Made by a program: the position numbers and the translations under genes. From Asterias rubens (taxonomy: Eukaryota), in contig NC_047069.1 of NCBI RefSeq assembly GCF_902459465.1, forward strand, positions 12,834,001 through 12,898,000: a stretch of DNA of 64,000 nucleotides, given 5' to 3'. Shown in pieces: positions 1 to 10,946 of this stretch (its first letter is position 1; the number at the start of each line of letters is the position of its first letter). Below the pieces are notes generated by a model. That model had not been told where the DNA came from, did no database searches, and worked only from the letters and a program-made list of their open reading frames with translations.

Positions 1-1332
1 CCACAATAGACGAAGCATGTGACATCATTTGTCAGAAGACGGTCAGAGCATATACTGTCCGAAATGTTGATTCGTTTAACACCGGTTCTTTGCAGAACCA
101 ACACAACTTATCAAGAGATACATTTGGTGTATCCCCATAGTGTTACCACAAACCTCTCTTAGTTTATACTTGCACCATGCAAAGTTTCAAATCCTATTGA
201 CGTCATTTGTGTAGTCTACACTTGGCAGGCTGGAGGTGAAAAAAAAAAATACACATTGGCCCATCCTGTGCGCTGCGCATGTGGTGACTGGTAGGTTGTG
301 TCCATCAGAAGAATTGGCAACAGCGCCGCCATGGGTCTTGGAGACTGTTCTGTTATTTAATCTATAAGCAGGCACCTTGATAGCCTGAACTACTGACGTC
401 ACACTTCGAGGCTCGTGAATAACGCCAGAGACCGGCCTCTTAATCGGCGTGTACATTCACCTCTAACCTACATTCATTTCACATTGAGATCTGCAGTCAA
501 ATTCTACACCAACATAACATGCAAGTACATCCACATGTATCCACAGTACATGTACTGTAAACATTATACCACACACATGAACACATCCAGACGACCGAAA
601 GTCAGCTTTCCATATCTATGTTATGATTGGTTGTCGGAGGTGACCTCAGACCAATCAAAACAAACCCAGCTACGGTAGCTTTTAGTCACTGCATTGATCC
701 AATGGTATCATTTTATCCAATGGAATCATTGGATCCGAGTAGCAGGTACCTGTCTTTATCCTTACGGATAAAGACAGGGGCCTAGTCTAGCACCTTGATG
801 ACATAGTACATGTACATGTATCATGTCTACATGTATTTAGCTAAACCATCAGTTGTACTTAACAATATGATTCTTAATTTCAGGCGAACACACCCCAATC
901 ACATTCCAAATTCCCAACACCAAGCATTATTTAAAATTACCTGTCAATTTAATCATATTTCACATATCTTTACAAAACTTAACATTAAAACTACAAGTAC
1001 TCAAGGGAAATACACACAACTAAGTAATTCATAATTGTAAAAAAATATTTAAGAAGAATGTAACAAATTTGAAAAACGAAATCATAATCAGTACTTGAAT
1101 TGTTAAACGTTTAAAAAAGCCTTTGTGAATGCAATCGGAAATCTTATTTCTTCTGAAGGAAATTATATGTACATGTAGAAGGGTTGCTTTATGTATCAGT
1201 GCAATTTAAAATAAACACCATAAAGGGCAATTAGTGTGAAATTAACTGTATAAAAAATACAATGTTATAATAGATGTTAAATTTGCATCAGGGATACAGA
1301 ATATTCATTTACCCATAAACCACTGTGTGTAA

Positions 1333-1460
1333 AGGCCGGTTTAAAGTCGGTCACGCATTGGTCGAGCGATAAAAAAAGACACGGTGTTTGGCCTTAGCGT
1401 TAACTATAAACTGTGTCGCACGTCAACATTTCCATCGCGCGACCGACTATAAACCGGCCT
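1333..1460. mobile_element. 128-bp MITE nested in a tRNA-derived SINE
   Basis: TIRs AGGCCGGTTTAAAGTCGGTCACGC / GCGCGACCGACTATAAACCGGCCT interrupt the SINE tail (compare 21100-21130). Confidence 0.85.
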
Positions 1461-1610
1461 AGCACTGTATACTCAGTACTTTCCCTAATCTGTTAAAATA
1501 TAATCCACAGGCATATTACTAGGGTGGGATTGAAACCTTGCGATTCTAGAGCAGTGTCATACCAACTATAGACCACCGAGATTGCCCGGTAGCTAGAGGC
1601 AGTTTGAAGC
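1461..1610 (-). mobile_element. tRNA-derived SINE, family S1 (other copies ~21090-21210 minus, 46494-46650 plus)
   Basis: The copies share CTGCCTCTAGCTACCGGGCAATCTCGG...TTGGTA(A/T)GACACTGCTCTA...GG(G)TTC(G)AATCCCACC..., with an A-box and B-box-like head. Confidence 0.8.
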
Positions 1611-2493
1611 CTATGTATCGGCAGCTGGTACTGCAACAATTTATGGATGTCACCCGGGTAATATGTTTGTGATTTGTTTTTCACAGAACTCAAAGAAAGT
1701 ACTAAGTATTAGGATAAAATGTTTTCCAGACATGCCTCATTACTGCAAACCAAAAAATCAAACCCCAAAACGTATAAAAATGTAGTTATTGTTCTGAGGT
1801 TTTCCATGGCAGTCAGAGAGCGTCTGACAATTCAGGAATGTTCTAGACATGATAGAATGTTCCCCTAGGCATCGCCTGCAGTGGACCATCAGAACATTCT
1901 GCTGGACTTGTCTTTGTCAGACATTTCAAAACTAGCCTTTCTGGCAGCTGTTAATGCCCCATATTGGTTTGCTCCGTATCCATTACATTATTTCCATTTC
2001 ATTTTCACACACAAAAAATTCTTTACCAGTTTTTGACTGGCTTTGACTTCAATAAACGTACTGTGTACTTAATTTGTCAACAATACGAAAATAAACGTTG
2101 ATTGAATTGAAACTAGTTGAATTTGTAAATTAGTTGAATTTGTAAATCAGTTTACCAACAATTTTGAGGCAACTGGTAAATGAAGTTTATTGGTGATTAC
2201 CTATTCCTAAAACTGTTTCTTCTTCTTTTTGTACAAAAATAGTAACGAACTTGGATGGGCATAGCTACTTTTTGTGCTTAAAACAGATCCATGAAAATGA
2301 GCCAAGATGAGATATGGAATAATGCACTTAAATCTTCTTGATCGTTAATCAAATACAATTTTGCTTAAACAATATGCTTCAGAAAGCTAATGTAAGCACA
2401 AAATTTGCTTAGCGTTCAACAGATTAGAAAATTTCAACATTTTTATCAAGGTATCATTCTAAGAATTTCAAATGCGTGGTAGTTTGTCTTTAA

Positions 2494-2866
2494 AGGCAGT
2501 GGACACTATTGGTAATTGCTCAAAATAATTTTTAGCATAAAACCTCACTTGGTAACAAGTAATGGGGAGCGGTTGATAGTATAAAACATTCTGAGAAACG
2601 GCTCCCTTTGAAGTGAGGTAGTTTTCGAGAAAGAAGGCATTTTCCACAAATTTGATTTCAAGACCACAGATTTAGAATTTGGGGTCTCGAAATCAAGCAT
2701 CTGAAAGCACAGAACTTCGTGTGACAAGGGTGTTTTTTCTTCCATTATTATCAACTTTGATGACCGATGAGCTCAAATGTTCACAGGTTTTGTATTTTGT
2801 GCATATGTTGAGATACAGCAAGTGAGAGGACTGGTCTTTGACAATTACCAATAGTGTCCACTGGCT
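2494..2866. mobile_element. MITE family A (~370-380 bp, TTAA-flanked, Kolobok-like)
   Basis: TIR AGGCAGTGGACACTATTGGTAATT / AATTACCAATAGTGTCCACTG(C)CT. Other copies: 7011-7351, 14188-14565, 20419-20520 (partial), 31561-31939, 37510-37888, 39646-40013, 58195-58565, 59061-59442, 60618-60976, 61731-62106. Confidence 0.9.
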
Positions 2867-3436
2867 TTTATACCTTATTGCTTTTAAGGAATATAAAATT
2901 GTTTTCTCATGTTACACAGCCATACTTCTACATTGTTTATGTACATCAGCATTAAACAACAAAATATTACAACTCCCTTCATACAAAACAGTGAGATTTT
3001 GGTTTTAAAAAAGCAGTTCTTTTCACCACCAGAAGTAGTGCAAATAACAAATTGCAGAAACTATAAACAGAGGTACAGCCACCAGAATGCATCACGCTGT
3101 AAAAGATAAATCTTCTCTGATGTAAAAAAGTGAGATTTTAATCAATCTTTGAGAACACTTTGGTATGTTTTGGACGATGATTTATACAAGTATTTACACT
3201 TTGGTTTTTTTGGCAAGGTTATCATTAAGAAAAAACACTGCAAGTCACCAACATTTCATAGAGCTGCTTAACAGATTATACTGCTAAGCACAATTAGCCG
3301 AGGACCAGTCATAAGGGACAGATAGCATAGCTATGACATTTGGACTGGTAACCCAACTTTTTGTTGGGAATTGTTCTCTTGTTTTTAGCTTGTGAGTGTT
3401 ATAAGCACCTTTGTGACTGCAAGTTAATACCGACCT

Positions 3437-6400
3437 TTAACTGAGCTCACTTAAAGCACAGCTGAAGCAGAAGGGTTTGGTGCAGTGGCCTGGTCCCTCA
3501 CACATATAGGAAGAGCTGACATTGCAACCACTAGAACGCAGGGGACTAGACGCTAACGATCCAACATTGCCACTCTCGTCAAACTTTTTCATCGGAGACG
3601 CAATCAACCTCCTCGCTACTGTCTTGGCAGGCGACCCTCTCTGGTCAACTTTGGTTGAACTCCGCACAGATTTGGTGTCCGACTGATATGCCCTTGTTGG
3701 GGAGTTTGCGTACATTTTCCTGCTTTTTTCCACACGGCCTGTGCGTGGCGGTGAAGCACTGTGGAGATTTCTGGCGATGCTCTTCGTCGATTTTGGAGAG
3801 GAGATAATCTGGCCGCACCGGATGATGGTTTTATGTTTGGTTTTGAAGCTTCCTACGTGGTTTCTTTTACTGACTTCGGGAACGGCCACTGGTACTTCCG
3901 CAGGGTCACTGTCATATGTGTCCATGATGCTGTGGTTGGACACCAGGGAGAGAAATTTAGCAGAGTCACCTGAAGAATCACTCTCCTCGTCCGAGAAGTC
4001 CAGCGTTTGTTCCGCTCGGACAACGAGCTTCCTCTCTCCTCGGATTAGAGTGGTATCTGAATTATTCTTCCCTTGTTTTGACACTGTTCTGTTTGGCGCA
4101 AAAGTCTTGTTTGCTAAAACTTTCTCCTTCTTTGAATGAAAAGGACTTGACTGTCCAAACTCTCCATCATTTTCTGAATTTCTAAGATCTTTATGATATC
4201 TCTCTGATTGTCGTTGATGCGTGTACCGTTCTAGCTGCGTCTTGGTATCGACATCAAAAACTCTGTCATGCTCTTGAGACTTTCGCGAAAGATGACTTGC
4301 TCTTGATTTATCTTTGCCCGAGATGCTGTTATCTCTATGGTCATTATAGCTCATGGGAGCTGGTTTGCCGTAAGAATGAGCAGTGCGTCGACTGCGGAAG
4401 TGACTTGGACCTGGCGATGAATCATCTGCTGTTAGTGAGTAAGGATCGACGTCAACTTCCATCTCATCCTCGGAATCGTCATCAAAATCTCTGATGGTCA
4501 TATGGGTTTGGTTAAATTCTTCTGAGGCTCGCTGCCTATCATTCAATCTCAAATGTTCAGCCATAAGGCTTGTCTTCGGATGACCCTCGGAGAGCTTTTT
4601 CTGTTTTTTCCTGACAGCCTGTTCCAAAGATGTCTTTTTATCAGAACCTTTAGGGAGTTGGCCTTTAACGGGTCTGTTGGTTGCTTGGGGCAAAGCTAGG
4701 GGCGAAGCCAGAGACATGCGATTCAACGGGGAGGAGAGCGTGGAGGGTGACCTTTGAACTGTAGGGGTCAAAATACTCCTCTTGACCTTTGAGGTCTTTG
4801 AGGACAACGGGGTCGTCTTTGAGTCGTCTTGAACATCTTCAGCACTGTTTTCCTTCAGATGCCTGGACTTCTGCATTGACTTTTTGCCAGTGTTGTTTGC
4901 AGTCCTTATTGGTAATTGTCTAGTGGTTGAAGGTTTTTGCTCACTGTGTTTTCTCCTTGCGTCCTGTTTTGTTATTGAAGCCGGAGTTCTCCGGCAGTCC
5001 AATTTTGGATTGACTGAATTCAAATCAGTGTGTAGGTCTGGGGTGTCAGTCGACCGTGAAGAGCGATGATGATGAGCTGTTCGTCTGATTTGAGAATCTG
5101 TCACCCTGAGGTCGGCTCCACAAACTTCAGAATGCTTGGCGTGTTGCTCTGGTACATTTAACAATTCATTGCTGTTGCCAGGAATTTGTCTCGTGGAGAT
5201 GTGAACCCCTTTGCACACAGATTTGTCTTTTCTAGTAGGAGCCATAGTCTTAAGTTCCCTCGTACCTTCCTTCAAATGTCGATTACTTCCCTGTACTTCA
5301 GGCCTAGCAATATTGGTTGCTTCAACTACTTCTCTCTGGTGTTTACAATGACTTGCAATTTCAACAACCGTTGGTGTCTTTGGCGTCCTTGCAATTTGGT
5401 TTGGTCCATCATCAGAAGTTTCACTTCGCTGATCATCATCACTCTCGGAATCAAACCTTAAACAGTCTAATGTCATCTCAGAAGCAAAGTCATTGCTCTG
5501 AATGATGATCTCCTTTGCTGATTGACTTCTGTGACCTGTACTTTTCTCTTCTTTTGACAATGAGGGACTCTGGAGGCGCAGTAACGCATTCGTTAGTGGA
5601 CCTGGAGAGGGCGCTCCAGAGCCTTCTCGCCTTACTCTCCGTCGTGGTGTCAAATCCAAACTATCAAAATTGATACCTGGTATGATCAGTGGCTTCGGCG
5701 ATCGGAATATCTCCATGATTTCCTGAGTGTTAAACCGAGGGGAAGCAAGGCTCGTCTTTGAGTTTACCGTTACGACTTTCCGCTGCCGGGCTCTAGGGGT
5801 GATGCCCGATACATCGCAGTTACTGGGACTCCTAATGGAATCTTGACGGTTGTGATTCCTTGTTGTTGGTGTGTTTGATTTCAGTGAATTATGAGCAGGT
5901 CTTCTGTTGGCGTCATCATATTTGATGGGAGTTCTGAATTCTGAGCTCCTTTCAGACTTTGGGGACTTGCTTTGTTCGTCGTCACTTCTAACTTCAGGCT
6001 TAGACTGAGCACTAAAGGGCACCACTCCGAGGCACATCTCTCCCTGCCCGTCAAGGGGTAACTCAAGTTCTCTGTGCCGATCCAAATCCAGTTGTGGTTT
6101 CCTCTTGGCTGTTCCAAGTGCAGAGGGTTGAATCTCACTAAGCATAGTGCTGTTGCAAATTGCCTCAAAGGGCGGCTGGGATTTTTTGCCCCTCGAGTCT
6201 CTGTTCTGGTTCACCCTCGAGAGCAGATTGGAAGGGCGGAAAAGTTGTTGGTTAGAATGCAGGTTACCAGCTAAGATAGTGCTGCAGTCTGTGTAGTCGG
6301 AGTCGGTGCTGGTGATTGTAAGTCCATCTAAGAGCCTCTCATCCTGCTGAGGAAAATCTTCATTTTTACTGCTAGTATTACCCGCACCTGTTATCCGATT

Positions 6401-9400
6401 CAATTTTGAAGTTCTTTTTGGTGTGGTCCTGGACTGGAGTGTCGACCACGCGGAGATGGATCCACTTGTTGCTTCACTGCTCTCAATAGTTCCCGCGCTT
6501 GCCTCGTCCTCACTCGACGAGTCCATCTCATCAACACCATCACCATCGCTAAAGCTGTCAGCAAGAATCGACTGCATCTTGAATAAGAATCGGTTCCGCT
6601 CCTCAAGGATGGAAGGAAGTTCATCTTTGAATTCATACGGATCCTCCTCCTCCTCCTCCTCCTCATCTTCGTCGTTCTCACTAAGTTCCTTAATCATCTC
6701 TTGCTCTTTTTTCTCTTTTACTCGATACTCATCCTCGAACCTCTTGGAGAGATTTCCACGAGCTCTCTGGTGAGCGCGATGGATGGGGTCACTTGTGGTG
6801 TCTTGAGGTCTTTGGCGTTGCGTCAGTGTTTTGAGAGAGGATTTTGTTGGGGTGGAGATCGGGCCGCTGCAGTCGGACTCCACATCCTCATTGCCTGAAT
6901 CCTCTGAATGTGAATTACGACTCATCAAATCATCTGTAAAAGGAACAACAAAAACAAATTACAGACCAGAATATTCATAGTGTTTGGCCCAATTTCATAG
7001 AGCTGTTTAAAGGCACTGAACACCTTTTGTAATTGTCAAAGACCGGTATTCTCACTTGGTGTATCCCATCATAAACATAAAATAACAAATCTGGACTCAA
7101 CCTACATAGTTGTAAGAGAACAGTGAAAGAAAACAGACTCTTGTTGCACAAATTTGTGTGCTTTCAGATGCCTGATAAAAGGCTTCAAGCCTGAATTTTT
7201 TTAATATTTCAGTGAGAAATTACCTTTTTTCGAAAACTTTTTCACAATGTTATATACTATAAATAAAACAGCTCTCCGTAATTTGTTACCGGGTAAGCTT
7301 TTATGCTACTAAATATTTTGATTCAGTAATTACCATTAATGTCCAGTGCCTTTAAGCACAAAAAGTAACTAAGCACAGAACGACGGTACAAGCCAACTTC
7401 TGTGGTGCTTGCTTTATTTTATCCAAGGAAACTTGACCGGTAAATGAGGAATCACAAAATCCTGACATCAAGAAAAATTCCTGAGCAAGTTACTTATAAT
7501 TGGTTTGGCCAGGACGTATTAACTCTCAAAATAAGGCAAAACTAGAGTGTGGATTTGGGCAGGTGAACAATAAAAATTCCCCCTCCCCCCCTCACAAAAA
7601 AAATAATAATACAAATTGACCAGGAGAACCAACTTACCATCAACTCTTTGTACAGCTTTTGCTCTCTCTTCTTTGTTGACATGTTTGGGATTCTGGACAA
7701 AGGAAATATATAAATTGGGACATTAGAAAGCTTTTGTCAAATATCAAGTGAAATTGTATGATGCTGGCTTTCATATCATTATCTACATTTGACCTGTTTG
7801 ATGACTTGGGTCTGTCAAAGTGAACCTACAAGAAGATTTGTCTAATTTGTTCTAAATCTTTCATACTCGACAGACTTGAAAGACACATGTATTTATCACT
7901 CTAAAAAAAGGCAATATACATTAAATTTCCTTTACCCACAAATCTTTGAGGTACGAAGGCAAACAATTGTTCAAGATCTCGGACTTCATCTCCTCAGTGT
8001 GTTCACAACTGTACCGTTCGGTGCTCTGGTATTTTTCAACTCCAATTTAAAGAGAATGTGTATAAGGGGGAACAAATCTGATCTTTCAACCACAGTATGA
8101 GCTTGGAAATGGAGGGTGATCATTGACAAAACTAAAGCTGTCTAACAAATCCTCTGGTTGCTCATGCTCAAGTATTTCTTTTGTTTATCTTGGTTGACTA
8201 AAGTTGCCACACAACAGAATTTAAAGATATTTTTTCAGACTCTCATAGTCAATTATTTTTTCCAAAAAGATATTGCACAATGCGGTAGCCTATTATTACC
8301 CATTTGAAAAACACAATACCACAGGGATTGCCCGGTCATAAGCTTACTGGCCCAAAGCTAAAATCTAGGGCCTAGGGCCTGTGGTCTAGTGTTGACTTCA
8401 AGCCCTGGTAAAACACTTGCAAAGCCCTGTTTATTACTATTACATGGTGGAGGATTCATGTGTCTGTGTACAGTACCTGGTGGTAGGTATAGTTGACTAA
8501 CGTCTCCGTCCCTGATGTGTCTTCACTCTCGCTGAGGCGGCTGCCAAAAGCCGAGTCCGTACTGTCCTTAGTTGAGTCCCAAGGGGTAGCTACGAAGAAC
8601 AAAATGAAAAAAATTGCAAAACAAAGCGGCAAATCCTACTTTTCTGAACAAAATTCAGGCTAGTATTTTATCCTTGGACAAGAAGTAGGAACATCTTTTT
8701 TTCGCAAGGGCTGACCTACATGTTGAATAAGGAGTTGGGTTTAATGGACTTTGCAGGCTAATTAATCACAATTTTTTGTATTGTTTCAAGGCAAAATATT
8801 TGACAATCAGACTATAAATAGGAAGAATACCATGCCTGGCAACAATTGTGGATAGTTTTTCCAGTTTTTTCAAGGTTACCCTCCTGTGACTAAGCCCCCC
8901 TCCCCCTAATTTTTCTAAAATAATAACATGAATAATAATTGTTACCTTTGTTAGGGGAGACTTTATCTGCTGCTAGTTTGATTGTTCCGATCCGTATCTT
9001 TCCTGTCCTGCCAATGGAACCTGCATGAATAAAAAATAAAAAACAGTAAGCAACAATCAATAAAAGTTAATTTTGCAATCAAATTTGCAAATGGTACACA
9101 TACATGTATTAACTCATTCTGTGTCTTGGCTCTGAGGTCTACTAGAGCATGGGGACTCAAGATCTGCTGGCCCCTAGACATCGGGGGTGTGAGGTTCAAA
9201 TCTTGGGCATGACTCCTGTGTCTTTGAGCAACCACTTAACCATAAATTGCTTCTCTTAACACAGTATATCAATCAATAGGAACCTACAAGGGCTGAGATT
9301 GAAATTATGTTGGATTAACACAAGCAGCTTGATGTTGGATGGTACCCAAGAAATTGAGAAAGTTTGAGGATTGAATCAAGTATGTAAGATGAACAAGGAT

Positions 9401-10782
9401 AATGTTGTGAATCGCCTTTACCTACAATCCCAGGAAAAAAACATTGGTACACATCACCCTTCCAAGTACACCACTCCTTAGTTTATCCATATTGTAATGG
9501 CAAAGCCGATTGGCTGGTAAGAGGTGAGGGGGAAGCGCCAGTTAAGCTTCGCTGTGGAGCTTCCGCTGCTGGTCGCCCCCTGCTAAGCCATTGGGTAAAC
9601 TGTTTGTCAATAACTTTGTTGGGGGTGTCAGTCAGAAGCCATTCGACCTGTACTGTTCTCCATGGTTGTACTAGCCAGAGATCACCCGAGTTTCCTGGGA
9701 AGCAGCAGTAGGGCCTGGATTGTAATAACCAGTCACTTTTTAATATGCAGTTCTGCCCTCTACACTGATTTATTATGTTACCTCGATCCTCTACCACTGT
9801 CATGTTGCTGAGATCCAGAACGTCGGATTCAACAAACGGGCGGTCATACTGCAAAGGGGAAGGTTACAAACAAAAACAACAAGAGTTGTTGTTGAATTTT
9901 GTTTTACCATTTGATTTTGAATTTGTGACACTTTCGCTTAATAAGCAAAAAATTAGATCCAATCATAATGCATCAAACAGGAACAGAACGCTTTTCGACC
10001 ACATTTGTAGAAACCTTTTGAAACTACTTATTAATTTATTTTAATGACCAATGATAAATACATTATAAATGCCTGGTATTTCATCTTTGACATATTGAGA
10101 AGCCAGGCCCAGGCAAAAAGCATGTAAATCAATTAATAGCACATCATATCTCTCCAATCAAGTTAAGTTAAACCATGGAATGGAGCAATAAGGCTTGAAA
10201 TAAAATTGGATAACTTTCCGTATGGCGCCACCACTTTTTCACTCATTTTTACAAAAAGGGATATCTCATTGAGGTAAATTAGAATGATATTTTTTCATAT
10301 CAAATGAAAAAGTGGTGGCGCCATACGGAAACTTTTCCATAAAATTATTTAATGCTTAAATTAAAAGTTAAGTTAAACAAATATTTAAACAAAAGAAAAG
10401 CGAATAGTTTTTAATTTTATAATAAAAAAAAAATTCAATTTTCTGAAAATTTACACAAGCAGCAAATCAAGTAAGAGGCAACTTGGTCGGGGTGACTTTG
10501 TAGGGGACGAGGACCGGGAACGATTTTGAAATAGGGTGATTTTGTGTGTGCGGGGGCCGGGGCGACTTCGCAAGGGGGGGCCACTGACCGAAACCACTTG
10601 TTATCGGTAATGACTTTGTATTCATTTTTATTTGCATGAATTATTAATTTAAAGCGAGGGAAGTTTGAAAAGCATACCTTGTCAATAATTGCCTCCAAAT
10701 TCGTCCGAAACCTTGTGGAAATTCGCTCTTTATCTCTAAGATAACTGCTAGTCTTCGTCTCATTTTGCGTCAAGAATGCCAT
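3437..10782 (-). CDS. Scm3/HJURP-like CENP-A chaperone candidate, 6 coding exons, 1303 aa, largely disordered
   Basis: Exons (minus) 10782-10678, 9848-9782, 9020-8946, 8589-8477, 7692-7638, 6933-3437. All junctions are GT-AG with compatible phases and total 3912 nt. The spliced N-terminus MAFLTQNETKTSSYLRDKERISTRFRTNLEAIIDK|YDRPFVESDVLDLSNMTVVEDR|GSIG fits the Scm3 pattern (RF..LE.I..KY..PF...D..DL....V..D.G). Exon 6 is the 1163-aa ORF of the track and ends in CEGPGHCTKPFCFSC. Gene model confidence is high; family assignment is moderately high. Confidence 0.8.
7011..7351. mobile_element. MITE family A copy nested in a family D MITE
   Basis: GAGCTGT-TTAA[AGGCACTGAACAC...GTCCAGTGCCT]TTAA-GCACAAAAAG splits the family D sequence GAGCTGCTTAAGCA. 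Confidence 0.85.
10208..10338. mobile_element. ~130-bp MITE with 8-bp TSD (ATAAAATT), GG termini (Merlin-like)
   Basis: TIRs GGATAACTTTCCGTATGGCGCCACCACTTTTTCA / TGAAAAAGTGGTGGCGCCATACGGAAACTTTTCC; ATAAAATT at 10200-10207 and 10339-10346. Confidence 0.9.
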
Positions 10783-10946
10783 GATTCTGAACGAACTATT
10801 CTCAGAAAATAAGACGACCTTTTTTCATTTTCGGCGGGTGCGTGATCGATGGCGATGGCGATGTTGTTTTCCTAAAATCTACAGACTGAAAAGCGCCCTC
10901 AATAGTTTAATTCTGGTAAACAATGAATTACACAACTATTTTTGAG
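10783..10946. promoter_or_regulatory. Bidirectional promoter between the Scm3-like gene and ETFDH
   Basis: The divergent start codons are only 164 bp apart (10782 minus, 10947 plus). The interval is CpG-rich relative to its flanks and has repeated GATGGCG (YY1-like) motifs at 10848-10863. Confidence 0.8.

Noticed and set aside
3741-6898. Plus-strand ORFs (3741-4139, 5186-5461, 6423-6773 and others)
   Set aside because: They are antisense shadows of the 3.5-kb minus-strand exon, with no recognisable domain or splice support.
9483-9781. Continuation of the 123-aa ORF beyond the Scm3 motif
   Set aside because: A good donor (GAG|GTAACA at 9782) splices in frame to exon 3, so the remainder is intronic read-through.
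10435-10677. C-terminal part of the 115-aa ORF 10435-10782
   Set aside because: It lies after the AAG|GTATGC donor and is intron 1 sequence.
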